A stretch of 64,000 bases of DNA from Marsupella aquatica (GCA_973895155.1 OZ316894.1:9833440-9897439), one strand, 5' to 3'; positions 1 through 13,430 are shown, counted from the stretch's first letter. Made by a program: numbers and translations. Notes: generated from the letters alone by a model not told the origin.

Positions 1-91
1 GAGATTTGGAGCACAAATTGAGAACAATTTTGAGCAGAGATTGAGTACAATTTTGAGGAGAGATTGAAGCACGAAAGTGAGTAGAGGTTCA

Positions 92-757
92 CCTTGTTTC
101 TTGGCATTCAGCTTGAATTCTTCATCCATCTCACTCCTGAAAGCTATGAGTTGTATTACATCTGCATCCTCCCAGCGAATTGTTGAAGATTTGACAACAT
201 CTTCATCTCCTTCTTGATCAGCATCGATGTTCTTGGCCTTCTTGGCCTTCTTTGAGCTCTTTCTCCCAGCTACCCGTTTCTTCCCAGCAATTGCCCCCTC
301 ACTGCTTGTAGGCGCTACTCGTGCATTCTCTGATGCTTGGCGCGCGCATCTGCATAGAGGGAATTTCCTGGCTTGCTTCGGACCAGAATGGATTTCCCAG
401 GCATGACTGCTGATCAAATGAAGTTGATTGAGAGAAAAAAGGACCAGAGGAAGCAACGGGCAACAATTGAGGGGCAGGAAATTGTGAAACCAATGGAGGG
501 TCGTTCATGAGTGCCATAAACTCTGCATTGGACACATTGTGGGGTCCTGGGGAAAAATCCTGTGAAAATTGAGAATCTGGCACTACAGTTGCTGATTGCA
601 TCTTCTCATGCCAAGAAGACAAATTACCAACTCCTGCCATGTCTACACTGTCGTGAACTCCAACACTGTTGCGATCTCTTCCTGGAAAATCCAAAATTGA
701 ATAACAAGTGCTCCCAGATGAGGAGCTGTTGGACCATATATTGTCGTTGTCCTCCAT
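92..757 (-). pseudogene. Myb/SANT (trihelix-like) DNA-binding protein, frameshifted; probably TE-associated; continues beyond window start
   Basis: Low-complexity N-terminus from MEDNDNIWS in ORF 299..1042. A shifted frame near 300-330 reads APTSSEGAIAGKKRVAGRKSSKKAKK...RWEDADVIQLIAFRSEMDEEFKLNAKKQ, resembling trihelix helix 1, then a donor-like CAAG|GTGAAC near 91. Confidence 0.5.
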
Positions 758-1650
758 GGTAGGGGCGCGGAAGAATGCAACTACTTGAAATTTGTAATTT
801 GAAGCCTCTCTCAAAGCTCCCTCCCAGCCCCCAAGTTCAAATCGCTCATGGGAAGCATTAATTTTCAGCTGAACCAATACCGAGAATAATGGGAAATCAC
901 AAGGGCAAGACGGCCAGAACATTATCGCACCTCCTTTGGTGCGATAGCCTTCCGCTCGGCTGAGAGCCCCAGGCCTGTTGAAAAGTACCCAAACCATGGG
1001 CACACGCAGGTTCGGGGACCCCCGACTCACAACTTGCTGCACTAAGTTTCTAAAGCAGCATCAGCCCGGGCAGGTTGAATGAACGGTTCAGATGAAAAAT
1101 ATCAAGTGTAAAAGAGAAGTGAAGTGCGGCGCCCGTTTTGTAAAGTGCCCCTTAGTCGGGCAATCGCGTGATGCTTGTCCCAGTCAGTCCTTCTCTCATC
1201 TATGTAGGACGGTGGTACAAAACCATCTTGCAATGGAGATGGAGATAGGGAATGTCTAGAATGGTCATGCGGATATTGTTGTTTGTGTTTCTTTGCACTT
1301 TTTGTTACTCCCTCTCTGCCAAATCTCTAGTAAATACAGTTGATGGTTGCTCTAGGAGTTTATTCTATAAATAATTCTATTGCAACTCTTCTTGATCCTG
1401 CATTCATTAGAGATTCTACCTAGGAGAACGGTTGCGGCAATAGACCTTCATGGCTAGCTTCAAGTCAGGAATGCAAGAAAATAATTAACTATTGCCAGTT
1501 GGATTAATTGTCCTTGTCCCTCCAATTCAAATTTAATTGAAAGAACTTCATCTAACTTGATGTACGGGTACCTACTGCTTATCACAATTTCCTATGGCAC
1601 TTTGGAAATGGCTAAGCATTATTCTCATCTTTATAGATACAAAGTATAAG

Positions 1651-1829
1651 TGTTATAATGTAAGTATTACCAGGTTAACCATTGTTAACCCAACCTTGGT
1701 TAGAACCAGGTTACAAATGTATCATCAAACATACTAATAGATGAAGAGGCGTTGAAACCGCATTAGTGGTGTGATTGACATTTCACATCTCATCCAAGGT
1801 CTTGACTATGGTGTCTTTGTACTCTAACA
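1651..1829 (+). repeat. 5' LTR of Bianca-like Copia
   Basis: Direct repeat of 4525-4704 with scattered substitutions; TG...CA ends. Confidence 0.9.
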
Positions 1830-3040
1830 CGTTATCAGCACATACAGACTCTCCAAGATTGAGCAAGGCTATGGCAAATGCCCAAGGAACTGAGAAGGAA
1901 TTGATGTCACAACCAGGAGCTATAGGAAGACATTTGTTGCCAACTTTAAGGGTGACAAATGAGATATCTACTTGACAAATAAGCAAAGAAAGCCTGAACG
2001 CCATAACAGAGAAACACGAGCTTTATACTTACGGCAAAGAGATCGATGGGCAAGGAGAACAATTAAGAAGCAATTCTACACGACACTACATTACAATATT
2101 GAATGAATGAAAGAGAGAATGAAGCACCAAATGAATAGAAGGGATCAATGACTTCAAGCCCTTTGTCATGCGCATACACATTGTTACACAACATATATCG
2201 CTTGACACATACATCCAAACATAGTCACACTGCCACATCACAAACACGAGAGAATGGAATACAAGTGGAACTCATGTCCACACATGTCTAAAACCCACAA
2301 TAATCTCAATAGAATTGAACCACGATCGATGCCAAAATGCACTCAATCCCGTCTGATCCGATCACACACATATGTCGAGCCAACGCACCTTGCACTCAAG
2401 GAATCCACGCTACATAGAGAGATCTCTCAGCCACCACCCGAGCTCTCCTCTCCAAGGCTCAATATCAAAAGATAACCTTTCGATTCCTCACAAGAGAGAA
2501 CTACCCTCTCACCCAAATCTAACATAACCTTATTGGCTCATATAGCACACATACTAAACATATGGATCTAGATAGTACAATACACTCTAACACTACCTAG
2601 AATGGTGTGACACCTTGTTCGGCTGCTTATGAACCCAGAGAGACAATCAAAGAGCCTGAGAAGGAATGGAAAACTATGAAGCAAAATCTACAGACGAAGA
2701 CAGGAAGGATAGATCGATTAAGGACCTCGGAGCGATCAGTAACTCCCTAGAAAGCGATCAGTAACAATCAACGGAGTGGTCCGGAACAGATCTAGAGCAA
2801 GGGAGCACAGCAGCAATGAAAGCATAGGAGTTGGGAGAACCCAAGATAAAGCTTGCATTAGGGATCGGGACAAATAACAGAAGACAGGAGAGAGAGCAAA
2901 CCGGAAAATTATACTGTCGACAACAATGACAAAGAAAAGATGGATTGAAGGAAAAGAGATAGAGCAGAGGACCACAAAGAAAGAAGGAAGAGTTGACATT
3001 TAGGGAGCACGAACCAAAAGAAGCTCGGAGAAAAGAGGGG

Positions 3041-4298
3041 AATGAGAGCACGGCTATACCTAAGTTCTTAGAGAGAATACACATCGATGTGTGTGGGCCT
3101 ATAGACCCACCAAGCGGTCCCTTTAGATTTTTCCTGACTATTATTGATGCATCTTCAAAATGGTCACAAGTGTCATTACTCTCCAAAAGAAACTTAGTTT
3201 TCCCAAGGATATTAGAGCATATCCTTAACTTAGAGCCCAATTTCCTAACGAGGATAACGAGGATATAGCTCCATGCTATTTATTAAAAGAAATGATCAAG
3301 AATTTGTCGTAGTTGCTATATACATGGATGACATCAACTTTGGACATACAACAATGATTAACTACACTATAGAAATGTTAAAGAAAGCATTTGAAATGAA
3401 AGATTTAGGACAAACACATTATTGTTTGGATTTGCAATTTGAATACTTGCATCATGACATATTCGTACATCAGAGCACATATATTAAGAAAGTACTTAAG
3501 CAATTCAATATGGATAAAGCACACCCAGTAACATCTCCTATGGAGATTAGGTCTCTAGATAGAGATCAAGATAATTTTAGAAAGAGAAACGAGAACGAAC
3601 CACTCGGGGAACCACTACTTGGACCTGAGAAACCATATCTCTCAGCTATTGGAACTTTCATGTTCTTAGCCAACCAAACAAGACCTGACATTTCATTTGT
3701 CGTGAATTTGTTGGCTAGACACAGCTCACAGCCTACTATACGCCATTGGAATGGCATTAGACGAATATTCCGATATTTACAAGGCACTTATGATATGAAA
3801 CTATACTTCCCTAATAATACTAACCAAACCTTAATAGGTTATGCTGATGTTGGGTACCTTGCAGACCCTGATGATGCAAAATCACAAACTTGTTATGTAT
3901 TTTTATATGGCAATACAGCAATATCATGGAAAAACACTAAACAAACTTTAACTTGTACCTCTTCCAACCATGCTGAAATAATAACCTTTTATGAAGTCAG
4001 TAGGGAATGCATATGGCTTAGAAGAATGATTAATCATATTCATACACAATGTGGCCTACTCACTTTGACAAAACCTACTACTTTGTACAAAGACAACTAT
4101 GCATGTGTTGAACAGGTGTCTAAAGGCTTCATCAAAGGAGATCGAATCAAGCACATTGCTCCAAAATTCTTCTTCACGCATGAACAACAAGGCGACACCA
4201 TTGAAGTGAAGACCATTGCTGGAAAAGACAATTTTGCAGACTTATTTACCAAGGCGTTACCACCAGCAACACACCAACTACATTGCCACAATATATGA
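3041..4298 (+). pseudogene. Copia pol remnant: integrase N-part joined to RT C-part and RNaseH
   Basis: ERIHIDVCGPIDPPSGPFRFFLTIIDASSKW (integrase); VAIYMDD, FEMKDLG, YADVGYLADP, SSNHAEI, KGDRIKHIAPKFF, DNFADLFTK (RT/RNaseH with Bianca-like signature). Confidence 0.9.
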
Positions 4299-4524
4299 TT
4301 GAGAAAACTATCTAGATTAATAGATAATCATCCTATTTGATCACTTATGTAAAAGGTGGTTATACTCTTTCCCTTGCAGGAGTATGAGAGGGTTTTTAAT
4401 GAGGCAACACCTTCACCCTTCATAAGGAACAAAACCGATTCTTAGAGATCTTGATGGAGAACCTGACTCTAGCATAATATCATATAGTTGCTTGTCTTAT
4501 TGTCATATTACAACCAAGGGGGAG

Positions 4525-4704
4525 TGTTATAATATAAGTATTACCAGGTTAACCATTGTTAACCTAACCTTGGTTAGAACCAGGTTACACATGTATTATC
4601 AAACATACTAATAGATAAAGAGGCAATTGAAACCGCATTAGTGGTGTGATCGACATTTCACATCTCATCCAAGGCCTTGACTATGGTGTCTTTGTACTCT
4701 AACA
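4525..4704 (+). repeat. 3' LTR of Bianca-like Copia
   Basis: Direct repeat of 1651-1829, preceded by a polypurine tract. Confidence 0.9.
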
Positions 4705-5909
4705 ATAACAATTTTGGAGAATCTGATTTTCTTTAAATCACAAACATTAAAGAAGCAATGAAAATCAAAATTTCCAGCCATTTCAAATCCTCCAAGGGCG
4801 TCATGAAAGCCATAAAACCTAAAACTAAAGCCCCGATTGGAGTCGGGATGGATAGAGGGATTGGCAGTGAATCCTGGATGGATTTTCAAAGCTTGGATGG
4901 ACTGGTGCAGAACATCTAATTAGACTCCAGTAGCACCTTTTATGGGTTTGACTAAAATCTAACCTCTAAATGGGCTCTTGACTGTTTGCAGCCGGTTTTA
5001 TTTAGTTCACCAGGTGGTAAGTGGCTCCTCATGCCTAAACTACTCAGCACATTCTTCACAAGTTGAAAGCATCCTTTTCAAAAGCGGTAATTTGAGGCTC
5101 ATGCCCAAGCTAATCGTCTGAGTGACCTTCACATAATGAAGAGTTCAATGACAATTAGTTTATAGAGTCTGATTGCATTTGCGCTTATCAAAAATGGAGA
5201 AAATGATCTAAAAAAGTCTCAAACTTTGTAAGGTAATCAATAGGACAATAGAACATTATAGGATTTGCCACTTGTTACACAATACAACATCATAGATTCG
5301 GTAGCCTTCTGGCCCTTATTCAATTATATGTAGTGCTACACCCTTGGGCAAGGTAGTGTGATTTTTATTTTCAGAAATGTAGACTTCCCCCCTACTTAAA
5401 AGCAATTTGACCAGGGTTGCAAACTTTATCCCGAATGGTTTCATAATAAAAGATAATTTTCAATTGAACTCCAAGTAGATCATGTAGTTTTAATTAGCCA
5501 ATTCAACTTTTCATGCAATTTATGCAAAGCCTAGTACTTCCTTGGTCCCAATAGCTTGATGATTTTTGCACACAATATTGGCAAGAAGAACGAAAGATAC
5601 AGGCAGAAAATGACAGTAAAAGTCACCGGGCTGCTGGTTGCCCCTTGGGTCCGACCGAGACTTCTTTGGCTTTATGAAGGAAGTGCCAAAGGTTCTGAAG
5701 GACAGCCCCCTCAGGGCCTCATACTGCTCCATGACTACTTGCCAATGGGTCCAAAGGAAACTTCTTTGGCTTTAAGAAAGAGGAACCTCAATGGTACGCA
5801 CGGGGCTATCTCAGCTGGAGCTAACTCCATGCTGCCTTGTGCACACAGGAATGCATGCAAAAAATGCTTGTCATGGCCTGCCCAAATTCTTTATAGCCCT
5901 GCAAATGAT

Positions 5910-7760
5910 CCTTGGGGGTCTCACTATATGGATGCCTCCCCATTACCTGCAACGTTTTTAGGCCTCAGACCCCCTACAATGGAAGAAAACAATTATTTAT
6001 CAACCCCTATAAAGTTGGAATATTCTTGGAATATTCCAAAAAGTTGGTTATAAGGACCCTAATGTTCTTATAAGTCTCAAAATTTGATTTAAAGGACTCT
6101 ATTGTTCTTCTCAAAAAATTCTTATTAAGTCTTCCGTTTGAACCAATAAAATGACCCTATACTTTGTCGCACGTGATGTGCCATTTTTGTGGAAATGAAA
6201 CCCCCGAGAAATGATCAGAATTGGCCAGGCCACAGGTTGGAGTGAAATACGAGGGCAAACTCATTATCTGGTTGGTAACCACACAAACCCGTGGTGGGAT
6301 TGTCTTCCTTTGTGTCTTCCTTTTATATCATCTTTATTTCATTTCCATTACCATAAAAACAAAAATACACTCGCTTCTCCCAAAAACAATACAATAGCAA
6401 AGTTTGTAATCAACTTCAACACATCACCCAACTGCCAAGCTGCCACGGGTGGCTTTAACAAGTTTATGAAGATAATCCCATTTGTTACGAGCAATCCCCA
6501 TCTTTTGGGAAGCCTCCAATATCTCAGTGTGTAAACGTTGATCTAAGTTTATGATCTTCCTGCCTAAGTATACATTGTTTGGCTGGTGATTCAGGCATCC
6601 AACCAATAGCTAAGGTTTCTTTACAAGTTGTTGTTATTGTAGACATTAGTAATCGAGTCATGTCTGAGATTCTTAAATTTCTCACTTCACAAATAGGCTT
6701 GACATTTTCTATGGCGTTAACCACAAAGTTTTATTACATTGCCATGAGGCTATACTTTTTGGACTTGAATGCAGCATCACTCATAAGCCGTAGGCATGAA
6801 ACCCCCTATGCTCCACAGAAACAGAGGGTGCATCATTAGTATTCGTTTCCCTAGACTTACTTGAATGTCTACCCAAACGCAGGACATCCATCCTACATTC
6901 CTACTAACCTTTGGCTGAGTTGCTTGTTCTTGGTAAAGTGACCCTCAGACCCAGCCGGTCCACATTTGTTTTGATTGTTCAAAAGAATGATGACTGAGTT
7001 GAATCTAGGCTTGTGGTCACGTCCTTGTCTCACATGGACCAATTGGTGTGTGACGCATGTTGCATAGCTTGCCGTAAAACCCATGCATAAAATTAAAAAA
7101 ATAGCAATTCACACTTGCAGGGAGGGGGGGGGGGGGGGTCTAGTATATTAGTGCATGTTAGCTCCAATTTTGAGACTACTAAGGAAAGAGAGGATTTTAA
7201 AACCAAATTTTGGAATATTTCAGGAACATTCCAAATTAATAGGGGCAAATAGATTCACCAAAAATTTTAGTGGTGTGTAATCCCTAAAAATGTAGCATGT
7301 GATATGGAGGGCTTCATATAGTGACCCCCAAAATCCAGACTCAATGTTATAAACCCTTTGCTTTCTTATAAGGATGTGAGGTTTAATCATTGTCTTCATT
7401 AGGAATGTATTGCATTCTAATGATTATCTCTGAGAGATTAAAAATACTTTGCCATTTGTTCACACCTTTCATTGGGGTCTCGCTTTAGCAAAAATGACAC
7501 ACAATGTGATACAGCATGTGGTTGTTCATTGCTAAGGGAGGACTTTAAATGATATGTTTATTGAACAAGTAGAATCTGTTGTATCTAATCTTGAGACTTT
7601 TAAGAGTGAACCATTAAGACCTATTTTTAGAAGATTTTAAGAATATTCTAAACTAAAATGGATAAAACTATTTTGTTCTTTTAAGAGTCTTAGGTTGTAC
7701 CAGATCTATAAACATTGCAAGTGATGTGGGGGAGCCCTCCATATAGTGAGACCCCAAGTT
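5910..7760. repeat. Degenerate long inverted repeats (~5910-6210 vs ~7460-7760, extra partial copy ~7165-7330)
   Basis: CTTGGGGGTCTCACTATATGGATGCCTCCCCATTACCTGCAACGTTT (~5911) is the near reverse complement of AAACATTGCAAGTGATGTGGGGGAGCCCTCCATATAGTGAGACCCCAAG (~7711); weaker similarity extends inward. Confidence 0.6.
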
Positions 7761-8334
7761 TATCTCTCTAATAATTCAACACGTGATTCTTCAAGACCAT
7801 GAATAATAATTATCGGATGGTTTAAACTTATGTTCATGACGCTGATAAAGGGTCCACGTGTACAACTGGCCCACCCATGTGCCTAGGGATTAGTGATTTT
7901 CCACTTTCCCAAAATGACTTGGCTGGTTGTTGCAATGTTTTTCTGAAATTTTACTAAAGATATCTGGTCAGTTTTGAATATGTGGATTCATAGGGCCTTA
8001 AAGCGCCCTCAACCCTACAATTTTATCACCCTGTCACATATAGAATTGTTTTAAAAGGATCACTGTGAATTGCTTGCATACCTCAAATAATATTATCCAT
8101 GTACCATTTAATTCACAGGTAAAGAGTAACATTCTAACCTTGGTAAGACTATGCCCTGCAAGGTCCACATTTTTTGGAGTCAGCCAAATTGAATTAGTAG
8201 ATTGATAGCAGTGAATAGTGTAGTGGTGGGAAGGGGCTCCATAAAGTATAAGTTTCTTAATGTATGCATTGTGTGAATGGGGAAGTAGCTATACAGAATA
8301 TAGCACAAAATGTTTCAATAAGATGAGAGAGAAA

Positions 8335-8930
8335 CAAGATCATAATTTTTTGAATTTCTCTTGGTTTCCAATGAGCATCACGTCACATTAATAGATTTTG
8401 TCAAGTAACAAGGAGTTTTGTCAAAATTTATAGGTTTCTAATGACCCTCACATTGACAGATTTTGTCAAGTGCAAGATGGGTTTTTGAATTTCTCTGCCT
8501 TTCAAATAAATAGGGCAGTAAAAGAGATTTTGTCAAGTCCTACGAAGATCATGACTTCATGAATTCTTCTAGCTTTCCAAAATGTAGTTATTTAAACATT
8601 GAGAAATTTCAAGTCAGATTTGGTCACGTACTAAGGACATTATGAGTTTTTGAATCTCTTTAGCTTTCTAATGTGTGACAATGAGATTTTTTTGTAAAAT
8701 CCTAAAAAGATCATGAGTTTCTAAATTTCTCTAGATTTTCAATGAACCTAACATTGATAAATTTAGTAGAATACTAAGGAGATTATGAGTTCAGGATTTT
8801 CTTTAGCTTTCAAATGGGTATCATATTGTGATATTTTATCAAGTACTAAAGAGGTCATGAGTTTCTAAATTTCTCTAGCTAGCTTTTCAATGTATCTAAC
8901 ATCAATAGAGATTTCATTAAGTACTAAGGA
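8335..8930. repeat. Degenerate ~60-bp AT-rich tandem repeat, about 9-10 units
   Basis: Recurring unit like GATCATGAGTTTCTAAATTTCTCTAGCTTTCCAATG...ACATTGATAGATTTTGTCAAGTACTAAG. Confidence 0.75.
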
Positions 8931-9221
8931 TTTTGGTTATTTTCTTTTACATGCATTGTGGAGCCCAAGGAGTTCTAACTATTTACGTTTCTATTCATTG
9001 GGTTTTTCCAGAAACTTGCACAAAATAGAAATGATAAAGGCATTTTTGTGAAAAACACTTATATATCACTAAGAAGACATCACAATGGTAACTTTGTTTT
9101 ACCTAGTTGTTTGTTGTCCTAAAATTTACTTATATATACTTTGATTTGTTTGTTAGTTATTGGGTATAAGTGTTTTTCCTTGCTTTGCATCATCAATTAG
9201 GTTCATCATCAATTAGGTTCA

Positions 9222-9402
9222 GTCACAAGATCGTCCTATCTCTCAACTGGCTCCATAACAACGAGTCTGAGTTTCTCCTATCCAAGAAAACATCGCTTTG
9301 GATAGAGTGGGCAAACTGAGTTAACCTAACCTAGTCTGCAACTATAATTAGCCCTAACTACGGTTATAGTCATAACTATAGACTAAGAGTAAAGGTCTAA
9401 CA
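9222..9402 (-). mobile_element. Partial LTR related to the Copia LTR at 53870-54253
   Basis: TATCTCTCAACTGGCTCCATAACAACGAG...AAGAGTAAAGGTCTAACA aligns by eye with TATCTCTCAAGTGGCTCCATAACAATGAG...AAGAGTAAATACCCAACA. Confidence 0.65.
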
Positions 9403-11679
9403 ATGATGTGCCTCAACGTGGTGCTAGAGATTTTGGAAGGAGATTCCCATAGAGGTCCATAAATACTCTATCTTCTGACATAAAGCAGGTAGTATCCCAA
9501 AATACAAACTTAAATAACCCCCAAGGTTATGGGCAGGAAACAATCCTAGGTGTCGCATGCTCGGTCAGACAATGAACCTGTTTCGTTGGCGCCATTGGAT
9601 TTTTCCCAGACCACTCCTCAAAGCATTGAGTTCCTGATTGCCTTCCCTCACCTGTCCTTCTGTACTATGCGGTGTGGCCTACGCCCAGGCCTATGCCGTA
9701 GCCTGCACGCATCGTCCGCCTCTTGACCCAATGTTTGTGTAGGGAGGGGGAGGAGAAACAGGGGAGGGAGGGAGAGGAGGGAGAGAGGGGGCGGCAAAGA
9801 GAGAGGGGGAGGGAGAGAAGGGAGGGAAGGGGAAAAAAATAAGATTGTGGCCTCCCTCACCCCTTCAGTTGGGGAATCACTCGTTGGATTATAAGAATAG
9901 GGTGCGAACAAATGAAGGTTATTTTAATCTTGTCTAACTAATTACAATAATAAAAAACTTAGACAAAAGGAATTAAAAATTCAATTTTGATAAAAAAATT
10001 ATTTTTAAAAAATTCAACAAGGTATTTAAAATTTTGTCAAAAATGTTTTATAATAAAGGGTACAAGGATTTTTTATTTGAATTTATTTTTGAATTTATTT
10101 TTTCAAATTTCATTGGTTTGTTCTCACGTGTTTTAGGGGTTTTACTCTAAGTGATTCCCCATGGCCTCCATTTTCACACCTCACCCCATCTTGCCCTTGC
10201 ATTTCTCTTAACAAATGCTCAGCAGCATTGCAGGGTGCCATGGCCTGACCTGACCCGATGTGCAACACAACTGACTGGGTTTTGCTGCCACACTTCCTTT
10301 CCTCCATAATTATGACTGACAATCATGCAATGCACATGCAATAGGCTTGCAAACCTATAATATGCAATCCAACCAATTCTGGTATCTGATCCTTAGCTTA
10401 CAAAGACACAAAATGCTAGTGAAAATCCTGGTCCTTCAATGGGGATTTTCAGTGTAGGGGTCCATGAAATATATCTCTCCAATCCATGAGGAACAAGGAG
10501 TATTGATTATCTCTTCAGCCCTGGTTGTCCACTTTGGGTTTTGGTTTAATCCTCTCTTCCTCCTGGTCTGGGTCCTTGTCGGATCCATGGGTATTGTCCC
10601 CTTGTGGCTGCCCTACATAGAAATGCATGCTCCAAAGCAGAAAGTCTATCCTCTGTTGGATGGGCCTACTTTCGATTTTCAAGGCAAAATAAAATAAAAT
10701 ACAGATCTACACACATCTCAATCAATTGATGTGTGTTCAAGTTTGTTTTCCTTTTGTTCACTCACTCTATTAAGATGATCACACTATCCCATCCCCATCT
10801 AAGAGGAAGTGTAAAAATTAGATAAAGAATGTTTTTAGCATCTTCCCTTTCACACTTGGTGACATTCCTAAACATTCGTCACCCTGGCTAAAATGAAACA
10901 AAACCTGCAAAATTACCCTGGTACGGCCGTCTCTTTTTGCAATCATGCGAAGCTTCGACAAATAGTGAAATAGTCCTCCTCGAAGATCTAACGAGATTCG
11001 CCCAATTAGTGCAGATTGACCGTATCGGTGAGTTGTGCATCAGTAAGTTGCTGCATCACATTTGTTTTGCCTCGAAGTGGTCACTTATTATTAAGTAGTA
11101 AAGTCCAAATAGCTCTTGGCACTTTTCAACCGGTAGTGTGGTACTCTGCTACAATTGCCGACACCCTCGGACCCTCCTGAGTCCTGAAGTCGGCAGCCGT
11201 CATGGGCAGCGAGCGAGTCAGTCAGCTCATCAGTGCTGTAGCTCACAATGACACAATCTCACATCGCAGTGCAGGGCTACTGTTGCACATGACTGTGTTG
11301 CTAATGACTGTGTTGCTAATGACTGTGTCACAGTGCCTAGAAACGACATTAAATAATGGGAAGAGAGAAAGAAAGAAAGGTAAATCGACGGCCTCACAGT
11401 GCCCCTTTTTGGTGGCAGACATGAATACCGCCCTCGATTTTGGGTCAACTCTGATTTGCAGAGGATAAGAATATAAGTTTTGGCCAAGTTTCGCTGGTGC
11501 TCGCTTTGAAAGTCATTTCACCTGAATGGGCTCCAGCTTTGTCAGTCTGCCTCATTATGACTTTCAGTCCTTTTGGACCCCTAGATTGATTGCTTTGCGC
11601 ATGGCCTGGCCTGGCGGCCTTGCTTGGCCTCAATTTGATTCTGCTCAACGAGTCAGAAAAAACGGACTCAATCGATTGG

Positions 11680-12960
11680 GGATTCTAACAGATTCATACT
11701 GTACGTGTACCTCAGTTATTTGACAAGCTTTGTCACCCTTGTTTTCTGTTGACAAGATTTGTCCTTTCCTTCGAAGTTGAAAACGCTCGGGAACGGACTC
11801 GATTGTGGTTTGCCTCCAGCTGAGCTACCAGATTCATATTGTATACGTAATGTAAATTTGTACCTCACCTCAGTTGGGAAGCCTTGTTTTTCAGTTGATG
11901 ATGAACTTAATGCTCTCCTTGGTAAATTCATAACACTCGGGAATGCAAGAAGTGAAGTTATCTCTACCAGAATGTACCTCAGTGCTCAGTTAACCCCAGT
12001 CCTCTCCTCACGTTTATTTTGTTGCTTGAGTTGCCAAATCGCCGGCACCGGGGGGGGCCGGAATACCCGAAACGAGAGTATTAAGAACTCGTACTGAGAA
12101 AGAGCCTCTCCCTAAGGTCCTGTGTCCTGGCAGTTTCTTTCTTTTCCTGTGAGTTTGCTTTTTTCCCCGTTTTTTCTTCCTCTCCCCCTCTTCTCAGTTC
12201 TTTGTCCGTTTCCGTCTGACAGACATAGTCCGGAGGCAAAGATAAAAAGTCCGGCTTTGGGGCCGCCCTTCGGCGGACCCAGAGAGCGCAGATACTGAAA
12301 CTGACTCGGCGAAGACAGTAGCGGATTTGGTTCGTTGATACAGCTCCGAGGAGACCCCGGCAATATCTGAGACTGTGGCAGATTCGGTCCGTTGATAAAG
12401 CTCAGAGACCGGTCCTTAGACCTTATCGACGGATCATCTCATCCGCGGAAGCACTCCACGAAATGTAGCTTCGGTGACCAGATGCATACTGTATGTACCT
12501 CAGTGCTCAGATTTCAGCATTCCTCTCGTTTTTATATTGTAGCTTCGGTTACCAGATTCAAACTGTATACCCTCTCCGTGCTACGTTCATAACGCTCAGA
12601 CATGCTTGAATTGTAGCTTCGGCATACTGTTTGTCCCTAAGGTCATTTGACAAGCTTATCCTCTCCTTATTGAGTTAGTTCATACCCGAGCTCAAACTGT
12701 TCACGACTGTTCTGCCTTGGGTTAGCAGATTATTACTGTATGACTGTACTACAGCTCGCAGATTCTCTCATGTTTGAATTGTGGCTTCAGTTATCAGACG
12801 CATAGTATATGTACCTCGGCTCAGTTGACAAGCTGATTCTCTCATACTCAGCAAGTTCATACAGCTCACGACCAACAAATGCTAGCTTTGGCTACGGACC
12901 GGATCGATGCTGCATGACTCACTGTACTTCAGCTTATCCTCAGTAAGTTCATAACGCTCA
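11680..12960. repeat. Irregularly spaced degenerate direct repeats
   Basis: Core GTAGCTTCGGTTACCAGATTCATACTGTATGTACCTCAGT...TGACAAGCT recurs in variant form near 11690, 11825, 11965, 12465, 12540, 12612 and 12780. Confidence 0.6.
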
Positions 12961-13430
12961 TTAATAGTTCAGATACTTGGATGGGTGCACGTCTGCTGAA
13001 CCCTATGAGAGTTCCATGCAAACGGGCATAGTACTTAGAGCTGACGTTATCACGCACTGAAGCGGCTTGGTTGCCTGCAGGCGCAGCTGGTAACATCGAG
13101 ATGTAAGGAAGGCTCTATAAGTTTGACTACTACTAAATACCCAATAGATAGATCCAATACCAAAACTCGAGTTCTTCCAATCGATGGGAAGTAATGTCCG
13201 CAACTCGAGGAAGGGTTTCGTACCAATGAAACTCTTACCTTGGGTAAGTACTGGAGTTGTAAAATCGTTACCGTCACAGGAACCAGAGCTTCCTTATACA
13301 CTCGAAGCAATCACATGTGTGAGACATTCCCTGAAAAGTTGTTGAGTGAAGGATCCCCGAGAGGAAAAATTCTTGGATTTATTTTGTTATTGGAATAAAC
13401 GAATTGAACGAATTGTACAATGATGATCCT

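Larger units (their letters stand above)
1651..4704 (+). mobile_element. Ty1/Copia LTR retrotransposon, Bianca-like, internally deleted (~3.05 kb)
   Basis: LTRs at 1651-1829 and 4525-4704 (TGTTAT...TAACA). CGTTATCAGCAC follows the 5' LTR and PPT AAGGGGGAG precedes the 3' LTR. Near-TSD ATAAG/ATAAC. Integrase and RT/RNaseH remnants inside. Confidence 0.9.

Noticed and set aside
9648-9911. Pro/Leu-rich ORF
   Set aside because: Translation of a GA-rich low-complexity tract.
11680-12960. CRISPR-like array
   Set aside because: Repeats are degenerate, spacing is irregular, there are no cas genes and the context is eukaryotic.
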